58,028 bases of DNA from a bacterium (GTDB lineage: Bacteria; Hydrothermota; Tepidihabitantia; Tepidihabitantales; Tepidihabitantaceae), in the NCBI GenBank assembly GCA_046485285.1, contig JAWOHE010000061.1:1-58028 (forward strand), read 5' to 3'. The position numbers and the translations under genes were made by a program. The stretch's first letter is position 1; each line of letters opens with the position of its first letter. Shown here one piece after another: positions 26,560 through 36,837 of this stretch. The notes under the pieces are model-generated. The model ran no database searches and had not been told where the DNA came from. It was given only the letters and a program-made list of their open reading frames with translations.

Positions 26560-28482
26560 ATGGGAGGGATGAAGCGTCGCATTCCCCGACGCCCCCGCCG
26601 CCGTCTTGGCAGTACGCTGACCGGTTTCGCGCTCCGGCGGTCGGCCCGGCCAAGGCCGGCAACGGGCAGGCCGCGTCCTGCTTCCGGTCGGCGCCAGGTC
26701 CGAACCGGAGGCCTTCGGGCACTCGTCGTCTTCGGGTTGCTGATCGCCGCGGGCGGAGTGCTGTTCGCGAAGTACGTTCAGATGCAGCTCGTGCTTGGCC
26801 GGCAGTATGAACTGCGGGCGTCACGCCAGCACCTCGACACCATCCCGCTGTCCGGCAGCCGGGGCCGGCTGTATGACCGGTTCGGCCGGCTGCTGACGGT
26901 CAACAGCTCAGCCTGCTCGATACTGGTCTGGCCGAAGGACATCCGCCGGCTGGACCTAGAGGACCCGCTGGTGGCATCCGGCAATCGGAAGCCGCGGGTC
27001 GAGCGGCTCGCGGCGATCATCGGCCGGTTCGGCCTGGCCGACGCGGACAGCTTCCGGCTCGTCCTGAAGCGACGGGACAAGTGGTTCTGCTTCCGGAGCG
27101 GCGTCGACTACCTGGTCGGGGAGTCGCTCCACGCCGTGCTGGTGCGCAACCAGCTCCACGACTACACGCTGGTCCGCGAGGAGCACCGGCGGCGGTACCC
27201 GTACGGGGCGGCATTCTCGAACCTGCTCGGCTACGTCCAGCCGGGCGACCGGCTGGAGGGCCGGGCCGGTTTCGAGCTGGCGTTCGACTCGCTGCTAGCC
27301 GGGCGCGGGGGCTGGGCCCAGGTCCAGAAGGACCGGCTTGGCCGTCGCCTGCCCGACCCGAGCTACGAACGGCGCGACCCCAAGCCGGGCGCGGACTTCC
27401 GGCTGACGCTGGATGCAGATTTCCAGCAGGCGGCCTACCGGGCGCTCGAGCAGTCGGTGCGAGGTCTCTCGGCCCGGCACGGCTCGGCAGTCGTCCTCGA
27501 TGCCCGGACCGGCGCGATCCTCGCGCTGGCCGACTACCCGGGCTACGACCCGGAGCGCTATGCCGGTGAGAACCCGCGTCATTTCCGGTGCGCGACGCTG
27601 GCCGACCAGTTCGAACCCGGGTCGAGCTTCAAGATCGTCGTCGCGGCGACCGCGCTCGAAAGCGAGCGGGCGGCCGAGCTCACGGCGCGGAGTTACGACG
27701 TGTCGGCCGGCTACATCCAGATCGGGAAGTACCGGATCAACGACGTCCACAACAACGGTGTGCTTGACTTCGACGGTCTGCTGGTCAAGTCATCGAACCC
27801 GGGCTGCGCGCTCCTGTCGATGGAGGTGGACCCGGCCCACTACCACCGGGTCGCGCGTGCGCTCGGGTTCGGTTACCCGGTCGGGCTCGGCCTGCCGGGC
27901 GAGACCGGCGGCCGGCTCGACCCGCCCGGGAAGCTGAACACCCTGCGGCTGGCCAACATCGCATTCGGGCAGGGACTGACCGTGAACCTGCTCCAACTCG
28001 CCGCCGCGTACGGGTGCATCGCGAGCGGCGGAGAGTACCTGCGGCCCTACCTTGTCGAGCGGGCCTGGGCCGGGCGCGACACTTTCCATCGGCAGGACCC
28101 GGTCGCGGTGCGGCGCGCCCTCAAGCCGGCGACCGCCGAGCGGCTCAGGCAGATTCTGGCGCGGGCGGTCGCCGAGGGAACCGCCCGGCAGGCGGCGATT
28201 GAAGGGGTGACGGTCGGCGGCAAGACCGGCACGGCCCAGAAGGTGGACCCGCTGACCCGGACCTACTCGACCCGGCAGTCGCGGATGACCTTCGCCGGTT
28301 TCTTCCCGGTCGAGGCGCCGCGCTACGTGATGGCCGTGATGGTGGACGAGCCGGGGGTCGGCCGGTTCGCGAGCGAGGTGGCTTGTCCGCTGTTCCGCCA
28401 GATCGGGACCGAGATCCTGCGCATCGAGGACTCGCGCGAGAACCTGGCCCGCGTCATGGCGGCGAACAGGGGCAGGCGATGA
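26560..28482 (+). CDS. ftsI: Peptidoglycan D,D-transpeptidase (class B PBP, FtsI-like)
   Basis: SSFK (GSSFKIV), SSN (KSSNPG) and KTGT motifs. dcw position. Confidence 0.9.
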   Translation: MGGMKRRIPRRPRRRLGSTLTGFALRRSARPRPATGRPRPASGRRQVRTGGLRALVVFGLLIAAGGVLFAKYVQMQLVLGRQYELRASRQHLDTIPLSGSRGRLYDRFGRLLTVNSSACSILVWPKDIRRLDLEDPLVASGNRKPRVERLAAIIGRFGLADADSFRLVLKRRDKWFCFRSGVDYLVGESLHAVLVRNQLHDYTLVREEHRRRYPYGAAFSNLLGYVQPGDRLEGRAGFELAFDSLLAGRGGWAQVQKDRLGRRLPDPSYERRDPKPGADFRLTLDADFQQAAYRALEQSVRGLSARHGSAVVLDARTGAILALADYPGYDPERYAGENPRHFRCATLADQFEPGSSFKIVVAATALESERAAELTARSYDVSAGYIQIGKYRINDVHNNGVLDFDGLLVKSSNPGCALLSMEVDPAHYHRVARALGFGYPVGLGLPGETGGRLDPPGKLNTLRLANIAFGQGLTVNLLQLAAAYGCIASGGEYLRPYLVERAWAGRDTFHRQDPVAVRRALKPATAERLRQILARAVAEGTARQAAIEGVTVGGKTGTAQKVDPLTRTYSTRQSRMTFAGFFPVEAPRYVMAVMVDEPGVGRFASEVACPLFRQIGTEILRIEDSRENLARVMAANRGRR

Positions 28483-29942
28483 GGCGTCGGCTCGCCGAGC
28501 TGGTCGAGGGCGTGCCGTGCACGGTGCTTGGCGACCGGGCCGTCGAGATCGGCGGCATTGCCTATCACTCCGGGCAGGTGCGGCCGGGCTGGCTGTTCGT
28601 GGCGATCGAGGGGTTCCGGGTCTCCGGGAGCCGGTACGTCGAGGACGCGGTGAGACGTGGAGCGGCGGCGGTCGCGACGAGCCGGCCGGAGGCGGCGGCC
28701 GGCGGGCGGGTTACGGTCGTCGAAACCGAGAACCCGCGGCGGTTCCTGGCCGAGGTCGCGAACCGGTTCCACGATTTCCCGGCCCGCCGGCTGGAGCTGG
28801 TCGGGATCACCGGGACAAACGGCAAGACAACGACCGCCTACCTGCTCCGGGCCGTCTGCCGGCACCGGGGCTTCGAGCCGGGGCTGGTCGGGACGGTCGA
28901 GCACTCGGACGGCCGGGTGACGAGCCGGGCCGGCCAGACCACACCCGAGAGTCTTGACTTTGTCGAACTGCTGGCACGGATGGTCGCCAACCGCGTGCCG
29001 GTGTGCGTGGCCGAGGTGTCGTCGCACGCGCTCGCGCTCGACCGCGCCCACGGCCTTGACTTCCGGGTCGGGGTGTTCACCAATTTGACCCAGGACCACC
29101 TCGATTTCCACCGGACGCTGGACGAGTACCGGGACGCCAAGATGAGACTGTTTGCCGGGCTCGGGCCGGACGCATCCGCAGTCACCAATCTCGACGACCC
29201 GGTCGGGGCAGCCGTCGCCGGCCTGACCCGGGCCCGCGTGCTGACCTACGGGACCGGCGCGGACGGGTCGCGGCCGGACATCGCCGGTCGCGTTACCGGG
29301 GTCGCAGCCGACGCGCTCGACGTCGAGGTGATCCACGCGGGTCGGACGCTGGCCGCGCGGCTGAAGCTCGCGGGCCGGCACAACCTCTGGAACCTGCTCG
29401 CGGCCTTCGGCGCGGGGCTGGCGCTGGGCTGGGAGCCGGGCGAGATCCTGCGAGGGGCGGAGACGCTCGCGAGCGTGCCCGGTCGGCTCGAGCGGGTTGC
29501 CAACTCCCGGGGGTTCGACGTCTTCGTCGACTACGCCCACACGCCGGACGCGCTCGAGCGCGTGCTGGCGACCGTGCGTGAATTCACTGCCGGGCGGGTG
29601 ATCGCGGTCTTCGGGTGCGGCGGCGACCGCGACCGCGGGAAGCGGCCGCTGATGGGCCGCGCCGCGGCGCGCGGGGCGGACCTCGCGGTAGTGACATCGG
29701 ACAACCCGCGCTCCGAGGAGCCGGAGGCGATCATTGCCGAGATCGTCGCAGGGATGGATGTGGCGGGCGCGCGGCTCGTTCTGCCCGACCGCGAAAAGGC
29801 GATTCGCCGCGCGCTCGCCGCGGCCCGACCCGGTGACTCCGTCGTCATCGCCGGCAAAGGCCACGAGGACTACCAGTTGGTCGGGAGCGAGCGCCGTCGG
29901 TTTGACGACCGGTCGGTGGCGCGCGGGCTCCTGGAGGGCTAG
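28479..29942 (+). CDS. murE: UDP-N-acetylmuramoyl-L-alanyl-D-glutamate--2,6-diaminopimelate ligase
   Basis: GITGTNGKTTT P-loop and the DNPRSE motif typical of meso-DAP-adding MurE. ATGA overlap with ftsI. Confidence 0.92.
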   Translation: MRRRLAELVEGVPCTVLGDRAVEIGGIAYHSGQVRPGWLFVAIEGFRVSGSRYVEDAVRRGAAAVATSRPEAAAGGRVTVVETENPRRFLAEVANRFHDFPARRLELVGITGTNGKTTTAYLLRAVCRHRGFEPGLVGTVEHSDGRVTSRAGQTTPESLDFVELLARMVANRVPVCVAEVSSHALALDRAHGLDFRVGVFTNLTQDHLDFHRTLDEYRDAKMRLFAGLGPDASAVTNLDDPVGAAVAGLTRARVLTYGTGADGSRPDIAGRVTGVAADALDVEVIHAGRTLAARLKLAGRHNLWNLLAAFGAGLALGWEPGEILRGAETLASVPGRLERVANSRGFDVFVDYAHTPDALERVLATVREFTAGRVIAVFGCGGDRDRGKRPLMGRAAARGADLAVVTSDNPRSEEPEAIIAEIVAGMDVAGARLVLPDREKAIRRALAAARPGDSVVIAGKGHEDYQLVGSERRRFDDRSVARGLLEG

Positions 29943-31030
29943 TGCTCTACCACCTGCTTGTTCCTCTCCGCGCGGTCTTCAGCCCGCTGAACCTGTTTCG
30001 GTACATAACCTTCCGGGCCGCCGCGGCCGGAGCGGTCAGCCTGTTGCTGGTCCTGGTTCTGGGCCCGGGGCTCATCCGGCTGGTGAAGCGGCTCCAACTC
30101 GGCCAGAACGTCCGCGAGGAGGTTCCGGAGACGCATCGCGCAAAGGCGGGCACACCGACGATGGGCGGGCTGCTGGTCCTGGCGGCAAGCCTCGCCGGCA
30201 TCCTGCTCTTCGCCGACCTCGGCAACCGGCTGGTCCAGCTCGGCATCGCGGTGCTGGTCGCGCTCGGCGGGCTCGGCATCTGGGACGACTACGTCAAGGT
30301 CAGGAAGGGCAAGGCACGGGGCATCAGCAAGACCGCCAAGCTGGTCGTCCAGTTCGGGCTTGCGCTGGCGGTTGGCGCCGTGCTTTACTTCGCGCCGCCG
30401 GATCCGGCAGTCCGGTCCCAGACAAACTTCCTGCTGCTCAAGAACGTGGTCGTTGAGTTCTCGTGGTTCTACGTCCCGTTCGTGATGCTCCTGATCGTCG
30501 GCTTCTCGAATGCAGTCAACCTGTCCGACGGCCTTGACGGACTCGCGGCCGGGCTCCTGGCGATTTCGTTCAGCAGCTACGCGGTGCTCTGCTACGTCTC
30601 CGGACACACCGGGCTGGCCGAGTACCTGAACATCATGTTCGTCCGGGCCGGCGGCGAGATGGCGGTGTACTGCCTGGCGTTGGTCGGCGGGGTGCTCGGG
30701 TTTCTCTGGTTCAACGCCCACCCGGCGCAGGTCTTCATGGGCGACACCGGCTCGCTGCCGTTGGGCGGGGCGCTGGCCCTCGTCGCGGTCGTCTCCAAGC
30801 ACGAGTTCCTGCTCTTCCTCGTCGGCGGTGTGTTCGTGCTCGAGGCCGTGTCGGTGATCCTGCAGGTCGCCTGGTTTCGTTCGACCGGCGGCCGGCGCCT
30901 GTTCCGGATGGCCCCGCTGCACCACCACTTCGAGCTCAAGGGTTGGGCTGAGACCCAGGTCGTCACGCGGTTCATGATCCTCGCCGTGTTGTTCGGTCTG
31001 GTCGCGCTGGCGAGCCTCAAGATTCGATGA
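29942..31030 (+). CDS. mraY: Phospho-N-acetylmuramoyl-pentapeptide transferase
   Basis: Polytopic membrane protein with GTPTMGG, NAVNLSDGLDGLA and HHHFEL motifs. Confidence 0.95.
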   Translation: MLYHLLVPLRAVFSPLNLFRYITFRAAAAGAVSLLLVLVLGPGLIRLVKRLQLGQNVREEVPETHRAKAGTPTMGGLLVLAASLAGILLFADLGNRLVQLGIAVLVALGGLGIWDDYVKVRKGKARGISKTAKLVVQFGLALAVGAVLYFAPPDPAVRSQTNFLLLKNVVVEFSWFYVPFVMLLIVGFSNAVNLSDGLDGLAAGLLAISFSSYAVLCYVSGHTGLAEYLNIMFVRAGGEMAVYCLALVGGVLGFLWFNAHPAQVFMGDTGSLPLGGALALVAVVSKHEFLLFLVGGVFVLEAVSVILQVAWFRSTGGRRLFRMAPLHHHFELKGWAETQVVTRFMILAVLFGLVALASLKIR

Positions 31031-32418
31031 GAAGACCGCCGCGGTACGAGGAACTCCGGGGGATGCGGGTGCTGGTTGTCGGGCTGGGCCGGGCCGGTAC
31101 GGCTGCCACCCGGTTCTTGCTCCGGGCCGGGGCACGGGTCGCGGCGGTCGAGGATGATCCGGCGAGGCGGAGAAGAGCGCCGGCGGTCGCGGGCGTCCGA
31201 GCCCGGGTGGTCGACCTCCGGGTGGTCATGCCCGGGGCGTTTGGGCTGGCGGTGGTCAGCCCGGGCGTCGCGGACGCCAGCGCGCCGGTGCGGCGACTCC
31301 GGGCGGCCGGGATCCCGGTGGTCGACGAACTCGACCTCGCGGCCGCGTTCGTCAAGGGACGGCTGTTTGCGGTCACCGGCACGAACGGCAAGTCAACGAC
31401 GGCCGCGCTGATCGCGGCGATGCTCGAGGCGGCCGGCCGGTCGGTGTTCGTCGGCGGCAACATCGCGCCGGGCCGGCCGCTCTCGGCGGCGATCGCCGGG
31501 CCGGCACGAGACAGCTGTGTTGTCGAGGCGTCGAGCTTCCAGCTCGAGCGGGCCCGGTGGTTCCGGCCCGATGTCGCTCTGCTCCTCAACGTCACACCCG
31601 ACCATCTCAACCGTCATCGCGACATCGGGAGTTACGCGCGCTGCAAGTACCGTATTCTCCGGCTCCAGCGGCCTGCCGACCGCGCGGTGCTGAACCTCGA
31701 CGACCCGTTGGTCGTGGCCGCGGCGGGCGTGCGGTCCACAGCCTCACGTGGTTCCGCAGCGGCTGGCACCGGCCGGGCGGGCAGGGAGTTCTTCTCGCTG
31801 ACGGCCCGTGCCGCCGACGCCCGAATCGCGCGAGGATGGCTGGTCGCGCACGGCCGGCGGGTCATCCGCGCGCGGGAGGTGCGGCTGCCCGGGCGGCATA
31901 ACCTCGCCAACGCGCTCGCGGCGTGCTGTGCGGTTCTGCCCGAGGGCGTCGCACCGGCGACCGCGGCAAGGGTGCTGCGTTCGTTCCGCGGGCTGCCGCA
32001 CCGGCTCGAGTTCGTGCGGCGCCTGCGCGGCGTCACCTACGTCAACAACAGCATGTGTACGAACCCGGCTGCGGGAATCCACTCGCTCGGAGCCTTCGAG
32101 CGTGGAGTCGTGCTGATCACCGGCGGCCGGGAGAAGGGCCTGCCCAAGGGAGACTACCTCAGCGCGGTTGCGCGCCGCGCCCGGCATGTCGTGCTGGCCG
32201 GCGAGAATGCCGCCGAGCTCGCCGCCGGGCTGGCGGCGCTGGGCGCGGTCAGCCACGAGGTCCAGCTGAGGCTGACCGACGCCGTCCGGGCTGCGGGCGC
32301 GCGGGCGCGCCCTGGCGACACGGTGCTCTACTCGCCGGCATTTGCGAGTTTCGACCAGTTCCGGGACTTTCAGGCCCGGGGCCGGGCCTTCCGGCGGGAG
32401 GTGGCCCGTCTACGGTAG
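31027..32418 (+). CDS. murD: UDP-N-acetylmuramoylalanine--D-glutamate ligase
   Basis: VTGTNGKSTT P-loop and Mur ligase architecture. ATGA overlap with mraY. Confidence 0.9.
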   Translation: MRRPPRYEELRGMRVLVVGLGRAGTAATRFLLRAGARVAAVEDDPARRRRAPAVAGVRARVVDLRVVMPGAFGLAVVSPGVADASAPVRRLRAAGIPVVDELDLAAAFVKGRLFAVTGTNGKSTTAALIAAMLEAAGRSVFVGGNIAPGRPLSAAIAGPARDSCVVEASSFQLERARWFRPDVALLLNVTPDHLNRHRDIGSYARCKYRILRLQRPADRAVLNLDDPLVVAAAGVRSTASRGSAAAGTGRAGREFFSLTARAADARIARGWLVAHGRRVIRAREVRLPGRHNLANALAACCAVLPEGVAPATAARVLRSFRGLPHRLEFVRRLRGVTYVNNSMCTNPAAGIHSLGAFERGVVLITGGREKGLPKGDYLSAVARRARHVVLAGENAAELAAGLAALGAVSHEVQLRLTDAVRAAGARARPGDTVLYSPAFASFDQFRDFQARGRAFRREVARLR

Positions 32419-32470
32419 TCCGCGGCCGCGCCGCAGGCTGCCGCTGGCAACGCGCCGGGGCGAGCCCCGC

Positions 32471-33646
32471 GTGCGTCCGCGGCGAGCCGAACGGAATGCC
32501 ATCGCGATCGAGCTGCCGGTTCATTCCGTTGATGGCCCACTGTTGATCGCGGTCGTGGCGCTCGTCCTGCTGGGGCTGATCATCGCTTACGCGACGACCT
32601 ACCACCAGGGCTGGCAGCACCTGCGCGAGCACGGCATGCGGGTCGCGCTGGGCATTGCGGCGATGGCTGTCGGGATCGCCGTTCCCCACCGCTGGTACCG
32701 CGGGCAACTGCGGTGGGTGACCCTGGCGCTGGGGCTGGGCCTGTTGGTCGCGACGCTGGTAGCCGGGAAGACGGTCAAAGGCGCCGAACGCTGGCTGGAG
32801 CTGCCGTTCCTGCCGTTCCCGATCCAGCCCGCCGAGATCGCCAAGTTCGCCCTGCCGCTCTGGCTTGCCGCGCACTTCGCCGACCTCGAGGGGCAGCGCG
32901 AACCCGACCGCCGGCTCTGGAACTCGATTCTGCTGCCGGCTCTCGTGCTGTTTGCCTTCCTGGTGCCGACAATGCTCCAGCGCGCGATCGGCACGACCTT
33001 CATAATGGCCGTGTCGGCGCTGGCGATCTTCCTGCTCGCCGGGGTGAAATGGTTCTGGTTGGTCGCGCTGGCCGCTGGCGCGCTTGTACTGGTCTCCGGC
33101 GGGGTTCTCGCCTTTCCCCACGGCCTGGAGCGACTGGTCGGGTTCCTGAGGGGTCGGCCCTGGCAGCAGGAGCAGTCGAAGATGGCGATCGCCTGCGGAC
33201 AGCTCTGGGGAAAATGGACGACCGGCAGCAAGCAGGCAGTGTTCTTCGTCCCCGAGGTTGGCACGGACTTCGCGGTCGCCGCGATCTGCGAAGAGTTCGG
33301 CTTCCTCGGGAGTTGCGGTGTGTTTGCACTCTACGGGCTTTTCCTGTGGCGGGGGATGAGCGTCAGCAGGCGGACTTCAGGCCACTTCGGCAAGTACCTG
33401 TCGGCTGGGATCGCCGTGACGGTGTTTCTCTATGCGATGGTGCATATCGGCGTCGCGGTCGGGCTCCTGCCGACTACCGGGCAGCCGTTGCCGTTTGTGA
33501 GCTACGGCGGCACCGCGATGGTCGCCAACCTGTTCGCGGCAGGGGTATTGCTGAACGTGTCACGATACGAGCGGAGGATGGATGAAGCTGATGGTTGCCG
33601 CGGGCGGTACCGGGGGGCATATACTCCCGGCGCTTGCGCTCGCTGA
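32471..33646 (+). CDS. ftsW: SEDS-family peptidoglycan glycosyltransferase FtsW
   Basis: Multi-TM protein with QPAEIAKFALPLWLA and LPTTGQPLPFVSYGGTAM signatures. Start uncertain (GTG 32471 proposed). Confidence 0.88.
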   Translation: MRPRRAERNAIAIELPVHSVDGPLLIAVVALVLLGLIIAYATTYHQGWQHLREHGMRVALGIAAMAVGIAVPHRWYRGQLRWVTLALGLGLLVATLVAGKTVKGAERWLELPFLPFPIQPAEIAKFALPLWLAAHFADLEGQREPDRRLWNSILLPALVLFAFLVPTMLQRAIGTTFIMAVSALAIFLLAGVKWFWLVALAAGALVLVSGGVLAFPHGLERLVGFLRGRPWQQEQSKMAIACGQLWGKWTTGSKQAVFFVPEVGTDFAVAAICEEFGFLGSCGVFALYGLFLWRGMSVSRRTSGHFGKYLSAGIAVTVFLYAMVHIGVAVGLLPTTGQPLPFVSYGGTAMVANLFAAGVLLNVSRYERRMDEADGCRGRYRGAYTPGACAR

Positions 33647-34613
33647 GGAGATGAGGCGGCGCGGTCACGGGGTCTGCTGGGTCGGCCGCGAGAATGGGCT
33701 GGAGGCGACGATCGTCCGTGCCCGCGACATCGAGTTCGAGGCAATTCCGGCGGCCGGGTTCTCGGGCCGGAGTCCGGTTGAGCAGGCTGCCTGGCCGTTC
33801 ACGACGGCGCGCGGTTGCCTGCGCTCGCTGGGAATACTCCGTCGTCGAACGCCGGACGCGGTCGTCGCGGCGGGTGGCTATGTCGGTGTCGGCCCGCTTT
33901 CGGCGGCCTGGCTGACCGGCGTGCCATACTTCCTGATCGAGCAGAACCGCATTCCGGGTCGGGCAACGAGGGCCTTCGCGCCAGGCGCGCGGCGGGTGCT
34001 GCTCGGGTTCCCGGCCGCGGTCGATATGCACGCCGACACGGTGGTCACCGGCAACCCGCTGAGGCCGGAGGTCGTTGCGGACGGCCGGACTGACGACGGC
34101 CGGACCGTGCTTGTGCTGGGCGGGAGCCAGGGCGCCCGGGCGCTGAACCTCGCCGCGCTCGACGCGGCCGGGGTGTTGATGAGCGTGCGGTTCATCCTGC
34201 TTACCGGCCGGCGCGACTTCGACCTCGTCCGTTCGCAGGTTCGGACGAACAACATAGAACTGGTGGACTACACCGACCGTCCGCATGAGCTCTACCGGCG
34301 GGCGACGATCGCAGTTTCCCGGGCAGGCGGTATGGTCCTTTCAGAGCTGGCTGCCTTCGGCATCCCGGCAATTCTGATACCCTACCCACACGCCACCGAC
34401 CGGCACCAGGAGGCAAACGCCCAGTACCTCACCTCCCTCGGTGCCGCCTCAACCCTGGACCAGTACCGCCTGTCCGGCCTCGTGAGCGAAATCAAGCTAC
34501 TGCTGGCCGACGCCGAGCGTCGGCAGCGAATGTCGGACGCGGCGCGCGCCGCAGCCCGACCCGATGCCGCGGCGGCCGCCGCGGGGGAGATCGAGAAGTG
34601 CTTGGCCGCCTGA
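33582..34613 (+). CDS. murG: UDP-N-acetylglucosamine--N-acetylmuramyl-(pentapeptide) pyrophosphoryl-undecaprenol GlcNAc transferase
   Basis: AAGGTGGHILPALALAEE N-terminus and C-terminal SRAGGMVLSELAAFGIPAILIP. Confidence 0.93.
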   Translation: MKLMVAAGGTGGHILPALALAEEMRRRGHGVCWVGRENGLEATIVRARDIEFEAIPAAGFSGRSPVEQAAWPFTTARGCLRSLGILRRRTPDAVVAAGGYVGVGPLSAAWLTGVPYFLIEQNRIPGRATRAFAPGARRVLLGFPAAVDMHADTVVTGNPLRPEVVADGRTDDGRTVLVLGGSQGARALNLAALDAAGVLMSVRFILLTGRRDFDLVRSQVRTNNIELVDYTDRPHELYRRATIAVSRAGGMVLSELAAFGIPAILIPYPHATDRHQEANAQYLTSLGAASTLDQYRLSGLVSEIKLLLADAERRQRMSDAARAAARPDAAAAAAGEIEKCLAA

Positions 34614-35971
34614 GGAAGGTGCACTTCATCGGCGTCGGCGGGGTGGGGATGAGCGGGATCGCACTCCTGCTCAAGGGTCTCGGCTTCGAGGTCTCGGGCT
34701 CGGACCTGGCCGAGAGCGACCTGACCCGCCGGCTGGCCGACAACGGGGTGCGGATCACCATCGGCCACGATGCCGCCAACTGCCTCGGGGCCGAGGTCGT
34801 TGTTCACTCGACCGCAGTCGCGTCGGATAACCCCGAACTCGCCTGCGCCCGGCAACACGGCATCCCGGTCATCCGACGGGCCGAGATGCTGGCCGAGCTG
34901 ATGCGGCTGAAGTTCTCGATTGCGGTCTCCGGCAGCCACGGCAAGACAACCGTGACGTCGTTGATCAGCCACTTGCTCGAGCGGGCCGGGCTCGACCCGA
35001 CAACCATCATCGGCGGCCGCGTGCTCGGGTCCGGCGCGGGCGCGCGGCTGGGGCAGTCGGAGTACCTAGTTGCCGAGGCGGATGAGAGCGACCGTTCGTT
35101 CCTCGTGCTGTACCCGTCAATCGCGGTCGTCACCAACATCGAGGCCGAACACCTTGACTTCTACAAGGATCTCGCCGACATCAAGCGGGAGTTCGTCCGG
35201 TTCGTCAACCGGGTACCGTTCTACGGCAGTGTCATCCTGTGTGCTGATTCGCCGGCTGTCCGGTCGGTGCAGAGGCGCGTCAAGCGCCGGGTTGTCACCT
35301 ACGGGCTTGAAGCGCCGGCCGACCTGAGGGCGAAGGACATCCAGCAGTATGCGTTCAGCTCTGCCTTCACGCTGGCGATCAAGGGCACGGAGTCCGGCCG
35401 GTTCAGCATTCCGATGCCGGGTCTGCATAACGTCCAGAACGCGCTGGCGACGATCGCGGTGGCACTCGAACTGGGCATCGAGCTCAAGATCGCTGAGCAG
35501 GCGCTGCTGACCTTCTCTGGCGTTCACAGGCGGCTTGAGCGGAAGGGCGAGAAGCGTGGAATAGCAGTGTTTGACGACTACGGACACCACCCGACCGAGG
35601 TCCGGGTAACGGTCGAGACGCTGCGCCATGCCTTTCCGGGCCGGCGGCTCCTGGTCGTGTTCGAGCCGCACCGTTACTCGCGCACGCGTCACCTCGGCCG
35701 GGAGTTCGGTGATGCCTTCAATGCTGCCGATGTCGTCTTCGTGACCCGGATCTACGCCGCGTCCGAGCAGCCGATACAGGGCATCGACGCGGGGCTTATC
35801 GTCGAGGCCGTGCGGCAGAGCGGGCGGGGCGGTATCGAGGTCAGGTTTCTGCCGGAGTTCGAGGAGGTGGCGGCCGAGGTGTGCGCCGCCGCCCGGCCGG
35901 GCGACGTCATCCTGACGCTCGGGGCGGGCTCGATATGGAAGACTGGCGAAGAGATACTGAACGCGCTCTAG
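34598..35971 (+). CDS. murC: UDP-N-acetylmuramate--L-alanine ligase
   Basis: VHFIGVGGVGMSGIA, SGSHGKTTVTS and DDYGHHPTE motifs. Confidence 0.95.
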   Translation: MLGRLRKVHFIGVGGVGMSGIALLLKGLGFEVSGSDLAESDLTRRLADNGVRITIGHDAANCLGAEVVVHSTAVASDNPELACARQHGIPVIRRAEMLAELMRLKFSIAVSGSHGKTTVTSLISHLLERAGLDPTTIIGGRVLGSGAGARLGQSEYLVAEADESDRSFLVLYPSIAVVTNIEAEHLDFYKDLADIKREFVRFVNRVPFYGSVILCADSPAVRSVQRRVKRRVVTYGLEAPADLRAKDIQQYAFSSAFTLAIKGTESGRFSIPMPGLHNVQNALATIAVALELGIELKIAEQALLTFSGVHRRLERKGEKRGIAVFDDYGHHPTEVRVTVETLRHAFPGRRLLVVFEPHRYSRTRHLGREFGDAFNAADVVFVTRIYAASEQPIQGIDAGLIVEAVRQSGRGGIEVRFLPEFEEVAAEVCAAARPGDVILTLGAGSIWKTGEEILNAL

Positions 35972-36837
35972 CCGGGCTTGGTGCAGTCGTGAGGCTCGAC
36001 GAGCCGCTGGCGGGGCACACGACCTTCGGGATCGGGGGCAAGGCCAGTCTCTGGGCGGAGCTTGCCAGCGAGGAGGCACTGTCCGTAGCGCTCGGGCTCT
36101 GTTACAGGCGCGGAATTCCATGGTGGGTACTCGGGCGCGGCTCCAATGTGCTGGTCTCCGACCAAGGCCTGCCCGGCCTTGTGTTCAGGCTCGTAGGTGA
36201 ACTGGGCGGCATCCGGGTGGACGGTAACCGCCTGCTCGTCGGGGGCGGCGCCAGCCTCGATGACGTTGCCGCCCGCGCCGAGTCTGTAGGGCTTCTAGGC
36301 GCGGAGTTCCTGGCCGGGATTCCGGGTACGGTCGGTGGCGGCCTCCGCACCAACGCAGGTGCATTCGGGCGTTCGATTGCCGATGTGCTCGACTCGGTTC
36401 GGACAATCGGTCCGGATGGCTCGTCGGGGACGGTGACGAGGCCGGACATCCGGCCCGGCTACCGGCTGCCGGTCATCGCACCGGGTCTCATTGCCACCTC
36501 GGCGGAGCTTCGGCTCGAGCCCGGCAGACCAACACCTGCGGCAGAGATCAGGCGGCGGCGATGGGAGAAGCAACCGGGCGAGCCGTCGGCCGGATCGTTC
36601 TTCAGGAACCCGCACGGGGAACCGGCCGGCCGACTCATCGAGCGATGTGGCCTGAAGGGTCGCTGCGTCGGCGCGGCGCAGGTGTCGAATAAGCACGCGA
36701 ATTTCATCATCAACACCGGCGGCGCCCGTTTCGGAGACGTATACGGGCTCGCCCAGGTCGTGAAGGCAAACGTAGAGGAGCAGACTGGCATCCTCCTTGA
36801 AGAGGAGGTCCAGGTGTTGCCCGCGGACAGGAGGTGA
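35935..36837 (+). CDS. murB: UDP-N-acetylenolpyruvoylglucosamine reductase
   Basis: DEPLAGHTTFGIGG, GRGSNVLV and SAGSFFRNP motifs. Start ATG 35935 (alternative GTG 35989). Confidence 0.9.
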   Translation: MEDWRRDTERALAGLGAVVRLDEPLAGHTTFGIGGKASLWAELASEEALSVALGLCYRRGIPWWVLGRGSNVLVSDQGLPGLVFRLVGELGGIRVDGNRLLVGGGASLDDVAARAESVGLLGAEFLAGIPGTVGGGLRTNAGAFGRSIADVLDSVRTIGPDGSSGTVTRPDIRPGYRLPVIAPGLIATSAELRLEPGRPTPAAEIRRRRWEKQPGEPSAGSFFRNPHGEPAGRLIERCGLKGRCVGAAQVSNKHANFIINTGGARFGDVYGLAQVVKANVEEQTGILLEEEVQVLPADRR